Assembly: GCF_039654945.1 (NCBI RefSeq)
Contig: NW_027361698.1
Location: 22,382,001 to 22,446,000 of the forward strand
Source: Dendrobates tinctorius
Taxonomy: Eukaryota
DNA length: 64,000 bases
Direction: 5' to 3'
Under the pieces are notes generated by a model. That model did no database searches. It saw only the letters and a list, made by a program, of their open reading frames with translations, and was not told the origin of the DNA. Of the stretch, positions 50,731 to 64,000 are shown piece by piece (position 1 is the first letter of the stretch; each line of letters begins with the position of its first letter). The translations under genes and the position numbers were made by a program.

Positions 50731-53519
50731 TCCACACTACAGAATAGTGTATGGGTGAGCAATTTAGCCCATTAAAATGTTTCAACGATTTTTGGGTGTG
50801 TTATATAACACAAATAAGGACCTCAGAGCACATAATACTTGATGGATCAAAATATATTCAACTTTTCCAGCACCCACAAAACAAAACTGTGGCTATATAT
50901 TTGCCAACGGACTGGACAGGCCTATGCCTGTCTATAGACTGGATTCTGTCATTCTTCATGCTCCTGCGACTCTCTTTCCCTCCCTAGGCTAAATGCAGAT
51001 TGTATGTGCTGCCAACGATTAGCCCTTAGATACGCTCTTAGTATGCTGACTCAGCTTCAGCACCAGTATCTAATCCATGGGCCTCTGATACACTATACTG
51101 TACACACAGGCCTAGACAAGCACTCTCTCCATCCAGTACAAAGTGTCACAGAGCTGTGCAATGTTGTCAGTGTGCCCAGCCTGGCTATGCCTGTCCTTTT
51201 ATAATCTCTGACGATATTAGATGGCCAGCCAAACACAGTAATGCCACATACAAGATGGCTACAGTGTTACAATGACTCACAGGCAATCCCTGCATGCTTA
51301 TTGGCTGTTTAACAGGTGCCAAAGATGTGTGGTGGTAATTCAAGTTTGAACTCGAGCACAGCCCATTGGTTGCTCAGAAACGAACATATCCGAGTACTGT
51401 GATAACCGAGTTTCACCGAGCACATTCTCTCATCCCTAGTTGTTAAGTCACCAAGTAAGGAGGACCAGAGTGCAGCGGTGGAAGACGAGGTGTGGATGCC
51501 AAAGTCACTGACTCGACCTGGGGAGTTGGCATGCAGAGCTATGAAAGCAGCACTGAGGGGGAGGGATCAGAAGTATCGAAACAGACAGTAATTGGTAGTG
51601 TGATGACTAGTGGGAGAATGTGGGCAACTGTTCAGCAGAACACCTACACTTGTGAATTTCTCTATCAAAGAGTTAAGTGTTCCCCAGTCTGGGATGTTTT
51701 GAAAGAGAATTCTGAGACAAAGAAGGTTATTTGCAAACTGAGCCATGCCAAGATCAGCAGGGGCATGACCACTAACAGCCTAACCACCACCAGCATGATC
51801 AGGCAAATGTGATCTAAACACCTGACTTGGTGGGCCAAAAGCCTGGGTCCACAATTGGTGCCAGAGGGTGCACCACTGCCTCTACTGTGTCCTAGGTGCT
51901 TGCCAATCCCTTGTCCAGATGCCTCCAGTCCTGCACCTGTCCTTGCACATTCTGAGGCACCATTATCAGTCACTTCCAAATCCTTGTCCCAGCACAGATT
52001 TCAGCTGTCCCTACCCAAGGATTTGTATGAAAAAGAAAGTTCCCTGCCACCCACCCACAGACCCAAATGCTAAACGGGCACATTTCCATGATGCTTGCCT
52101 TGGAAATGTTGCCATTTAGGCTTGTAGACACAGAGGATTTCTGCCAACTCATTGCTGCAGCCGTCCTTCGGTCCAGCTGACACTATTTCTCCCGGAGTGG
52201 CATCCCCGTCTTGTACCAGCATTTGTAAAGGAACATCACCCGAGCTCTTACCAACGCACTTACTGGGATTGACCACTTAATGATGCACATACTGGCAAGG
52301 CTTTGTGAGCAACAGAGGCCAGTTGTGGAACACCAACTCCAACACGCCTGGTCAGCCTTCGCACATAGCTACTGAAGAGTGGAAATGGATATCTGATATT
52401 TGTGCAGTTCTCCAAGACTTTGAGGACTCCACAAAGATGGTGAGTGTCGATGATGCCATCATCAAAGCAACAATCCCGCTTCTGTGCCTACTTAATCGAT
52501 TGCTGCTGACAATTAAATATGAAACTGCATGCAGACCAGGTGTAGATGGAGGAAGCCATGAGACAAGGAGATACTACCTAGCTAAGCCTCATCTTATCTG
52601 TTCAGCATGGATTGGCTAACAATGAGGATGTTGAGGCTGAGGAGGAGGAACAGGAGCTGGTGGCTAGTGTAACGGAGGCTAGTACCCTTACAATCTTTGT
52701 TCCGTCTCTCCTACATGGATGGGCTGGGGAGGGGAATGAGGAAGAAGAGAGGAAGGAGGAGATGGAGAGTCATCATAGTGGAGACAGGGAAGTGTTGACT
52801 GTAGGGAGCTTGGCACATATGGCTGATTTTTTTTACTGCTGACTTTCCTGTGACCTTCACCTTATATTAATCTTGGCCAAAAAAGAGTACTGGTTGTTTG
52901 CCTTGCTAGTCCCATGCTACAAGGAGAACCTTGCATGTCTCCCTCTTTAGGTGGAGAGGTCTACTAAAATGCTGCTATACCAGAAGACCTGTGTGGAAAA
53001 TATGTTGAAAATATTCCCATCAGACAATGCTAGTGGCAGGAGGGAAGCTTCTTTTCCCAACCAAGCAGCAGGGGCAAGGGAGACACACACCAGGTACAGC
53101 AGAGGCAGTGGTACACTGTCAAAGGCCTGGACCAATTTCATGAAACTCTCCCAGCGTCCAGGCCCTGAGGTCCGAGTGTTTTTGACAAGGAGGGAAAAGT
53201 TTTTAAAGATGGTTAAGGAATACCTTACCACAAAACTAGCGTACTCCCTAATTCCTCTGCGACCTTCAAATATTGAGTCTCAAAACTGGACACCTGGTAT
53301 GTGCTGTTCCTCTATGCCTTGGAGATGTTGTGGTGCCCTGCTGATAGTGTGTTGTCTGAGCGGGTTTTTAATGCCACTGGGGGGTTCATAACAGACAGGT
53401 TCTTTTGCCTGTCAACACAGAATGCAGACAGGCTCACGCTGATGAAAATGAACAAAGCCTGGATTATCCCTAACTTTTCCACACCACCAGATTACAGCAG
53501 CACCTAAAGTGTTTTTAAT

Positions 53520-54110
53520 CTTCAGCACTTGAATTAGGCCCTCCAGTTGTTCCCTCCAAGGGTGTATGGATGACCATCCTTTTATTTTTTTCTGGCTTTG
53601 CACTGTGTGCAGGGCCTTTATGAGTCCAGAAGCACCACATCTACAATTCCTTAATTTTTTAATGAGGCATTCCAGTTGGTGCCTTAGAGGGTGTATGGAT
53701 GACCTTTTTTTTCTGGGTTTGCACTTTGTGCAGGGCCTTTATGAGTCCAGAAGCACCACATCTACAATTTCTTAATTTTTTAATGAGGCACTCCAGTTGG
53801 TGCCTTAGAGGGTGTATGGATGACCCTTTTTTTTCTGGGTTTGCACTTTGTGCAGAGCCTTTATGAGTTTTATGAGTGCAGAAGTACCACAACTACACTT
53901 CATATTTTTATGAGGCACTCCAGTTGGTGCCTTCAGAGGTGTATTCATGACCCTCCTTATAATTTTATTCTTGCTTTGCATTGTGTGTTTAGACTTTGAG
54001 TGTAGAAGTACCACAACTACACTTTCTTAATTTTTTTTACAAGGCCCTTCAGTTGGTACCTTGTAGGGTGTAGAGATGACCCTGCTTGTAATATTTGGCA
54101 GGCTCTGCAC
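53520..54110. repeat. ~122-bp tandem repeat (~4.7 units) downstream of the outer hAT transposase
   Basis: GAGGCACTCCAGTTGGTGCCTT recurs at ~53664, 53785, 53912 and 54042. Confidence 0.85.
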
Positions 54111-54113
54111 TTA

Positions 54114-54509
54114 AGGGCATGTCACACTAAGAGATATCGCTAGCAATATCGCTATAACTAGTGACATTATAGCGATATTGCTAGCGATATCGCTGTGTGT
54201 GATACTTACCTACGACCCGCTCCCCCGCTGGTTATCGCTGATCGCGCGAGAACGTCCAGGACTGTTTCTCGTCATCAGCTTCCTGCAGCGCTTCCTGCTG
54301 TGACAAAGAGCGACGCGTGGAGCCGGGCGGGAGGATGGAGGATCGCCTGGTGTGACTGGTAAGTAGCGATCCCCGTCCCCAGCGATGTCGCTAGTGAGAT
54401 CTGCCTGTGTGGCAGCTCACTAGCGACCACTTAGCGATGTACCAGCGATCCTGACCACGTCATATCGCTGGTCGGGATCGCTGGTACATCGCTAAGTGTG
54501 ACAGTACCT
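54114..54509. mobile_element. Harbinger-type MITE (CAGCGAT-rich family)
   Basis: AGGGCATGTCACAC / GTGTGACAGTACCT; TTA TSD; removal restores the GCAC-TTA-GTGC site of the 122-bp repeat. Confidence 0.88.
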
Positions 54510-55705
54510 TTAGTGCATAGCCTTTATGAGTCTAAGAGTACAACTAGATGACAATTTAAAGAGACTGTGTATGAGGCTCTCATTTATGTCTAATATAGGG
54601 TGTATCTGAGTTCTTCTTCCATCTAATTTTTGGAAGTTCTTGCTAAATTACACTGAAATTTCCAAATTTTAATAAAAATTTAAATTTTGGCTTACTTAAA
54701 TTATTAGTTTTTTCTATTCCTTTTAAAATATTGCTTCAAGGATAGTCATTATACATTCAAATAGTCAGTATACAGGAAAGAAGGTTTCATTTTTTCCTGC
54801 AAACTCCAATTTTTTATCAATTTTAAATGTTTCATTGTCATTCCTTTATAGCAGAGTAAAAGTGTCACCATTGTTCTCAGCAGCAATCTGGGAGTCAGAA
54901 ATGCTTCCAGGTGTCTTCCCATTCTCCTTCCATTCAGCACTTTTTGCATCTATTTCAACATTTTCACTAGCTCCCCAGACCTCCTTGTAGGGTCTGTCAG
55001 AAAATGTTCGGATTTCCCATTGACTCTCTTTATACTTGTTACTCCAAACAAGCATCCAAGCATTAGGAATTGCTTGGGTCGAGTAACGAGCATCCAAGCA
55101 TTTTAGTGCTCGCACATTCCTAGGAAGCAAGAAGGCTGTTATCCATGGTTAAGCTGCATCAACTATATTTTCTGCATTCAGTTACAGAGGAGGTTTTTAC
55201 TATCCATCAGTATCTGACAAGTGATTCTGAATATGTAATTTATTTGCTTCAGTATCCCTGTAACTTGTGGTATCCCGGTGAGACGACATGGGATTTTAAA
55301 ACCAGTGTCAATCATCACCGATATACAATGAAGAAAAAGAGACTTGACTTACCTGTATAGAAACATTTTGTGGAACATGGACACACAAATCTCGCATTTT
55401 GTATTATTGACCAGGTTCCCTCTTTGAGAAAATGTGGAGACAGAAAAACACTGTTATAAACTAAAGAACTAGAATGGATACATAAACTTAAAACTTTGAG
55501 ACCAAATGGTCTAAATGTGAAATATGAATGCATGACAATATGTCACTGTATAGAAGGGAATAAAGGAGTATACACACTATTAATGCAGAGAACTTTAAAG
55601 CAGACGAGTAATGTAAAAACAAAGCTCCCATGAAATGTAATATATGGTAATGATGTCACATAGTACAACATATAGTAAGACAAAGATATAATAACCCAGT
55701 TAAAG

Positions 55706-56642
55706 CATGTGGACATGAGGAAAGCCCTATAGAAGGTAAGAAGGGCAGAGTTCAATAGCCCATAATGGACAATGTGAACACATAAAAATCTGTGCCTACC
55801 ATGGAGAAGGAAAAGGGATCAGACCTCATGTGTACCGCCACACCGTTTGTGGCTTCTTCATGGGCAATTGTTCAGATTGTCCATTATTACCTAAAGAACT
55901 CTGCCCTTCCTACTATCTGCATAGAACAAAAAACCAGACCAGCACCTCCATGTAATGTGAACAGTTGCCCACTGCAATGACTACATAACTTGCAAAAAGG
56001 AGTAACACAGCAGCACTCTGTAGACACCAATATATATGCAAACACAAAATCTAACATAATTGCTGAATAAACTGTAATAAAAAGTAAAAAGTTTTTTTTA
56101 AGGTTCTTGTAAAAAAGTACTTACAAAAATGAAGGTTCTTAGTGCATAAATTGGCCAATTCATGTGAGCCCATCACCCGTGACAAGGTGACACTTCTCTG
56201 AGGGGTCCTATCATCTGAAACATGCCTATCTTGGGCTATAAGCCTATAGTGTGAATGGGCAAACATGCCTCTCCTGGGTTACAAATCTACACATTTAAAT
56301 GGGCTTGTAGGAACCAAGCTGATTAAAAACACCCTTGGGCTGATGGGTGGGGTGCAAAGTCAGAAAGGAGGCAGTTTCCTCATGTGGACATGAGGAAAGC
56401 TCCACAGAAAGTAAGAAGGGCAGAGTTCAATAGCCCATAATGGACAGTGAGAACACATAAAAACCTGTGCCTAGCATTGAGAAGAAAAAGGGATAAGACC
56501 TCACGCGTATTGCCACACAATTTGTGGCTTCCTCAGGGGCAACTGTTCACATTGTCCATTATGGGCTAATGAACTCTGCCCTTCTTACTTTCGGCAGGGC
56601 TTTCGTCATATCCTGATGAGGAAACTGCCTCCTTTCGGACTC
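55706..56642 (-). mobile_element. Retrozyme-like element: 675-bp monomer x ~1.4 with a hammerhead variant in each copy
   Basis: 55706-55915 is repeated at 56381-56590. Minus strand 56540-56498 reads gccc CTGAGGA A GCCAC aaattgt GTGGC AATACGCGTG agg; a decayed copy lies at 55865-55823. Confidence 0.7.
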
Positions 56643-56644
56643 TA

Positions 56645-58262
<1,618 letters not shown>

Positions 58263-58264
58263 TA

Positions 58265-58470
58265 CTTTCTGTAGGGTGAGGAATATGTTTGTGGCTATTG
58301 CATTCAGGAAGGATTGGAGAGGGGAGAGTTTAGTAAGAGGGAGACCGATTAGTAAAGAGTTGCAAAAGTCCAGATGAGAATGAATATATGCAACAGTAAT
58401 AGTTTTTGCAAAGTCGAAAGTAATGTCAAATAGAAATGTTTTTGAGGTGTAGATGACATGAGCGAGCAAC
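58265..58470 (-). mobile_element. L2 LINE fragment
   Basis: AKTITVAYIHSHLDFCNSLLIGLP.TKLSPLQS.LNA. Confidence 0.8.
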
Positions 58471-58552
58471 TGATAGGATGTCAGATGTCTGATCGGCCCT
58501 CCTGCAACTTCATCGCCAGATTGTTGCAATGACGTCCAGAGGTCAAATGATC

Positions 58553-59197
58553 TGAAAAATGAGGATGAATGAACTCATGGAGATCAACATCCAACACTGC
58601 GGAGACACCATCACATGTTTCTCAGCGCAGTGATTCTAGAGCAATGCCCCATCCCTTATGGGAATTATGCAAAAACATGCAAAACACAAGCCGCGGAGAC
58701 ACCATCACATGTTTCTCAATGCAAGCAATGTCTAGCCAGGTCTTTCCCCGGGAAGGGACAACCACGGGAAGGGCAGTCTCCAATGAAGGAAACCACCTAT
58801 GCCAAAACATGGTATCCATCCACAGACAGCTGTTTCGGGGTATTGCCCCTCAGTGTGGAGTAGGAAACTGGCTAGTAGGAGCAATGCCTAGTAAAAGACT
58901 GTGAAAAATGAGGATGAATGAACTCATGGAAATCAACATCCAACACTGCGGAGACACCATCACATGTTTCTCAATGCAGTGATTCTAGAGCAATGCCCCC
59001 ATCCCTTATGGGAAATATGCAAAAACATGCAAAACACAAGCCGCGAAGACACCATCACATGTTTCTCAACGCAAGCAATGACTAGCCAGGTCTTTCCCCG
59101 GGAAGGAACAACCACGGGAAGGACAGTCTCCAATGAAGGAAACCACCTATGCCAAAACATGGTATCCATCCACAGACAGCTGTTTCGGGGTATTGCT
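58553..59197 (-). mobile_element. Non-LTR retrozyme-like tandem repeat, ~350-bp monomer x 1.85, type I hammerhead
   Basis: Units start 58553 and 58902. Minus strand 58859-58818 reads tccaca CTGA(---)GGGG caata CCCC GAAAC agct GTC tgtgga. Confidence 0.88.
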
Positions 59198-59199
59198 CT

Positions 59200-60115
59200 A
59201 AAGAGGGACTAAGTAAAAAAAGTGAAAAAAAAGTAAAAAAAAAAATCACAAAATAAAGAACAAAAAAATATATTAATTACGTATATTTATGTAAAAACAA
59301 AAAAAACAAACAAAAAGTACACATATTTGGCATCACCGAGTCCGGAATGACCCGACCTATAAACTGTTGCACTAGTTAACCTCTTCAGTGAATACCGTCA
59401 AAAAATGTGGCAAAAACCTCTCCTTTTTGTTCATGCTGCCAAACAAATAATACTCTATGAAAAAGACAAATGTAAAGAAAATTGGTATTGCTGAAAACGT
59501 CTTCTTGTCCCGCAAAAAACAAGCTGCCATAGAGCTTTATTAGCAGAGAAACAAAAAAAATTAGCGCTCCCAGAATATAGCGATGCAAAAACAATTATTT
59601 TTCTAAAAAATGTTTTTATTATGTAAAAGTAGGATAACAAAATTAAATAAGTGGGATATCGCTGTAATTGTGCTGTCCAGAAGAAAAAAGCTGCTTTATC
59701 ACTTTTACCACATAGTGATCAATATAAAAAAACCCTCCAAAAACAATTCCTGAATTGTTGGTTTTTGTTCATTCAGCCTCACAAAAATCGGAATAGAAAG
59801 CAATAAAAAAATATTATGTGACCAAAAATAAAAACATCAACTCATTCTACCAAAAACAAGCCCTCACATGACTCTGTCAGCAGAAATTTAGAAAAATTAA
59901 AGCTCTCAAAATATGATGATGCAAAATTTTGATTTGTAAAAAAATTATATTTAGTGTGTGATAGCAGCCAAACATAATAAAACTATATAAAGCTGGTATT
60001 GCTGTAACAGTACCGACCCAAAGAATAAAGTCGTCTTATCACTTATACTGGAATGACATAAAACATAAATAAAACTAATTTTTGATCTGCTATTGATTTG
60101 TTAGTCCTGCCTCAC
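59200..60115 (-). mobile_element. Fragment of the piggyBac-like non-autonomous family (reverse orientation)
   Basis: Reverse complement resembles 44400-45200. Confidence 0.6.
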
Positions 60116-60130
60116 AAAGATCACACTAAT

Positions 60131-60510
60131 GCTTGGCTCACATTTACCCTGTACTCTGTGCTGAGCGCTTACATTGGGGTTTCCATGTAAATCTCTGAAA
60201 TACATGATTCAGACTTAACCATCAGTGGAAGAGTCCCTATAATGAGGCAAATGTTTATGCCATATGGCCTATGATCCAGGCTGTGTCTGTCTTTTTAAGC
60301 GTGCATAAATGTGTCGTCGACCACAGTTTTGTGCCCCTCTAAATATAATTACACTGCATAACAGGGGCCAAACAGATTCTACAGTAACTCTGCTGCCTCA
60401 TTATAGTGAGTGGAACCATCGTGGTTTTCATTTGAATCACATAATCCAGAGATTTTGATGGAGACGCCGATGTAAGTGCTCAGCATAGAGCGCAGGATAA
60501 ACATGATTCA
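60131..60510. mobile_element. Degenerate MITE with long TIRs
   Basis: CTCTGTGCTGAGCGCTTACAT (60154) is inverted to ATGTAAGTGCTCAGCATAGAG (60470). Confidence 0.6.
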
Positions 60511-60858
60511 AAATGTTATGGACAATGTTCCCAGTAAAAGCTTCAAGTCAATCCACAAAAAAAGCAAATCCCTACTCAGGTCCAGAGCATTGAGACCGCC
60601 GCATTGAACTGTGTCAGTATCAACATGACGCTGACACAGTTCAACACTGTGATAGAGCAGGAAGACACGAGCTCTCTTCCCTATCACTGTCCATCTTTTT
60701 GTAAACCACAGACTGCTGTTTTTGAGAAATCAGCATGCTCACACAGGGCAGTGCAATTATGTCATTTCATCACGCCACTTTGCAGTCCAGAAGAGAAGAT
60801 GGAAGCTGCAATGTCGGGGGAATCAGTATGAGTGGAGTATATGCATCATGATTTTGTA

Positions 60859-62035
60859 CAGGGTGGGCCATTTATATGGATACACCTAAATAAAATGGAA
60901 ATTGTTGGTGATATCAACTTCCTGTTTGTGGCACATTAGTATATGGGAGGGGGGAAGCTTTTCAAGATGGGTGGTGACCATGGTGGCCATTTTGAAGTTG
61001 GCCAATTTGGATCCAACTTTATTTTTTCCCATGGGTCATGTGACGCATCAAGCTTATTGAGAAAAGAAAAACAATGGTGTGTTTGGTTTTAACATAGCTT
61101 TATTCTTTCATGAGTTATTTACAAGTTTATGACCACTTATAAAATGTGTTCAAAATGCTGCCCATTGTGTTGGATTGTCAATGCAACCCTCTTCTACCAC
61201 TGTTGACACACTGATAGCAACACCGCAGAAGAAATGGTAATCTAAGGGGTCAGATTCCTTGTAGAAATGCTCGGACCTGACACCCATAATGTGGTGGTTC
61301 ACCACCTTGCTGGAAAAACTCAGGGAACATGCCATCTTCAGTGCATAAAGAGGGCAACACATCATCATGTAGCAATTTCAGATATCCAGTGGCATTGAGG
61401 TTTCCATTGATGAAGAATGGCCCCACTATCTTTGTACGCCATATGCCACACCATACCATCAATTATGGGTGTCAGGTCCGAGCATTCTTGGAAAGTGGAT
61501 TCGTTGTCGTGGGCCAGCTGAATGGCCCCCAAGGTCTCTCGATCTTACCCGTTTAGACTTATATCTTTGGGGTCATCTGAAGGCAATTGTCTATGCTGTG
61601 AAGATACGAGATGTGTAGCATCTGAAACAACAGATACTGGAAGCCTGTGCTAGCATTTCTTCTGTGGTATTGATAACAGTGTGTCAAGAGTGGGAGAAGA
61701 GGGTTGCATTAACAATCCAACACAATGGGCTGCACTTTGAACACATTTTATATATGGTCATAAACTTGTAAACAACTCATGAAAGAATAAAGTTACATTA
61801 AAACCAAGCACATGATTGTTTTTCTTGTGAAATTTTCAATAAGTTTGATGTGTCACATGACCCTCTTCCCATTAAAAAAACTAAAGTTGGATCCAAAATT
61901 GCCAACTTCAAAATGGCCACCATGGTCACCACTCATCTTGAAAAGTTTCTCCCCTCCCATATACTAATGTACCACAAACAGGAAGTTGATATCAACAACC
62001 ATTCTCATTTTATTTAGGTGTATATATGAATGGGC
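60859..62035. mobile_element. Tc1/mariner (rosa/Tc3-like) derivative built from two inverted 3' ends
   Basis: Starts TA|CAGGGTGGGCC. Minus-strand MVWCGI...VGPFFI.GNL...FQQGG.PPHY. Plus-strand WPPRS.DLT..D.YLWGHLK..VY. ~60870-61230 is inverted to ~61655-62030. Confidence 0.8.
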
Positions 62036-62131
62036 AGTGGGGACTGTCATACTATATGTGGAGGCCATCATACTATATATGTGGTGGCTGGGGTCGTCAT
62101 ACCATATATAAGTGGGGACCATCATACTATA

Positions 62132-63741
62132 CAGCTCTGGCAAATATTAAGAGACCACTGCAAAATTTTCAGTTTGTCTGATTCTTCTCTTTATAGGTAT
62201 ATTTTTGAGTAAAATGTAAATTGCTCTTTTATTCTTTAAACTACTGACAACATGTCTACGAATTTACAAGCACTAAATTTTATATTTTCAGAAAATGAGA
62301 AATGGTCAAAATAACAAAAAACGCAGTGTTTGCAGACCTCAAATAATGCTAAGAAAACAAGATCATAATCATTCAGAAACAACAATACTAATGTTTTAAC
62401 TCAGGAAGAGTTGAGAAATCAATATTTTGTGGAATACCTATGATATTTAATCACAGCTGTCATGTGTTTTGGCATGCTTTCCCCCAGTTTTTCACATTGC
62501 TTTTTTGTGACCTTTTGCCACTCCTGGTACACAAATTTGAGCAGTTCTTCTTTGTTTGATGGTTGTGACTATCCATCTTCCTCTTGATTACATTCCAGAG
62601 GTTTTCAATGGGGTTCAAGTCTGGAGATTGGGCTGGCCATGACGGGGATTTGATGTGATGGTCCTTCATCCACACATTGATTGACCTAGCTGTGTGGTAT
62701 GGCACATTGTCCTACTGGAAAAAATAGTCCTCTGAGTTGGGGAACATTGAATGAGCAGAAGAAATCAACTGTTTCTCCAGGATAACCTTGTTTGTGGCTT
62801 GATTGATACGTCCTTCGCAAAGATTAATCTGCCCAATTCCTGCCTTGCTGAATCATCCCCAGATCATCGTCAATCCTCCATTAAATTTCACATTGGGTGC
62901 AAGACACTGTGGCTTGTACACCTCTCCTGGTCTCCCCATCTAGCCATTAGATGACCAGGTGTTGGGCAAAGCTGAAAATTACACTCATTAGAGAAGATTA
63001 CCTTACTCCAGTCCTCTATGGTCCAATCCTTATTGTCTTTGGCAAACTTTAGCCTGGCTCTCCATTGATTCTCATTGATGAAATACTTTTTTCTACCTTT
63101 ACATGACTTGAGGCCTGCCTCTAGGAGCCTGTTGCGAACTGTTCTTGCCATGCACTTCACCCCAGCTGCCATTTGCCATTCCTTTTGTAGGTCACTTGAT
63201 GTCATCCTGTGGTTGCCGAGTGACATTCGAATAGTATGACGGTCATCCCAGTCAGTGGAGAGTTGTTTTCGCCCTCTGCCGGTCTGTAGCTTTGCTGTCC
63301 CCAATGTCTGATGCTTGACCTTGTTGTAAAGGAATTTTAAGGATGGAGGCAACATGACGCTCACTGTATCCTTCTGCAAGTAAAACCAGAATTGAGCCCT
63401 TTTACTCCTCACTCAAGACTTTTCTTTTCAACTCCTTTGGCTTGGTTAAAAGTTATTTTTTCATTCCTATTAATTTTAGGATATTACTAGCACTTGTTTT
63501 GCCATCCAGCTTGTCCTATTGCAAGAGGATGATTGTGGACACCACAGCAGGGTTTTTTTTATACTTTCCTTCTTTAAATAAGATTTGGTTCAGGTGATTA
63601 CCTAATCAGAAGCACATTAAGTAGAATGAGGTGTACTCTGGATGGAATTCAACTGACACTGGAATGGAATGGCTGCCAGACATGAAGAGAAGCTGATTGT
63701 TATAAAACTGTGCAGTGGTCTCTCAATTTTTGCCAGAGCTG
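62132..63741 (-). mobile_element. Full-length degenerate Tc1 transposon (1610 bp) within a ~25-bp minisatellite
   Basis: TIRs CAGCTCTGGCAAA.ATT.AGAGACCACTGCA; TA TSD; WSKVIFSNE and WPAQSPDLNPIENLW; multiple disruptions. Confidence 0.93.
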
Positions 63742-64000
63742 TATATGTGTGGGCCATCATACTATAGAAATGTGGGAACCACCATGCTATATATAGGTGG
63801 GGATCATCATACTATATATATAGAGAGGTTAGTATACCTCAAATTTGTAATAAAGGGCTTTGGGGACCATCATCCTCTATATACAGAGCTGTGTGGGAAA
63901 TCAGAGGACATTATTTGTTATAAATTGGGGCATTATTAGTTTTGATAGGGGCACTCAGGTATCATTATTATTTTTTGAGGGGATCATTGTTAACTTTGAG

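Larger units (their letters stand above)
35624..51438 (-). mobile_element. Inner 15.8-kb hAT element of the same family, inverted, inserted in the outer transposase gene
   Basis: Termini TATGGATGAGTGAGCAC / TCTCTCATCCCTA; TSD GTTGGTAA vs GTTGTTAA (7/8). 35624-35960 is the reverse complement of 54780-55122. Confidence 0.8.
35040..55122 (+). mobile_element. Outer hAT element (ZBED-like transposase relic at 35049-35623 plus 51447-53510), 5' end missing
   Basis: BED finger SPVW...VICKL..AKISRG...TTTSMIR; hAT dimerisation motif SVLSERVF.A.GG.ITD....LS..N.DRLT..KMNKAWI; right TIR GCTCGCACATTCCTA ending 55122. Confidence 0.8.

Noticed and set aside
56612-56626. CTGATGAGGAAAC as a plus-strand hammerhead
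   Set aside because: No helix II between the core halves and no helix I or III; it is one arm of the inverted repeat.

Overview
Eukaryotic, almost wholly transposon-derived DNA. No host gene exon, rRNA, tRNA gene or CRISPR array is recognisable. The repeat mix (V-SINE, Penelope-like elements, T2/piggyBac-type MITEs, ~350-nt hammerhead repeats) suggests an anuran (frog) genome; this is inference. The main feature is an apparently intact autonomous PIF/Harbinger transposon (6658-14571, TGA TSD) with two convergent spliced genes: a 408-aa DDE transposase and a ~670-aa MADF/Myb-like protein with a polyQ/P tract. It also carries two near-perfect tandem arrays (123 bp and 262 bp) whose units fold into long hairpins. 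The window also holds at least five hammerhead-ribozyme-like motifs, in two Penelope-like elements and three small retrozyme-like repeats, plus a possible HDV-like motif shared by two small elements. A 15.8-kb hAT sits inverted inside a same-family hAT with several further nested layers. Other content: four Tc1/mariner elements, solo LTRs, L1/L2/RTE-X fragments, many Harbinger and hAT MITEs, and satellites arising inside transposons. Coordinates and splice models were read by eye.
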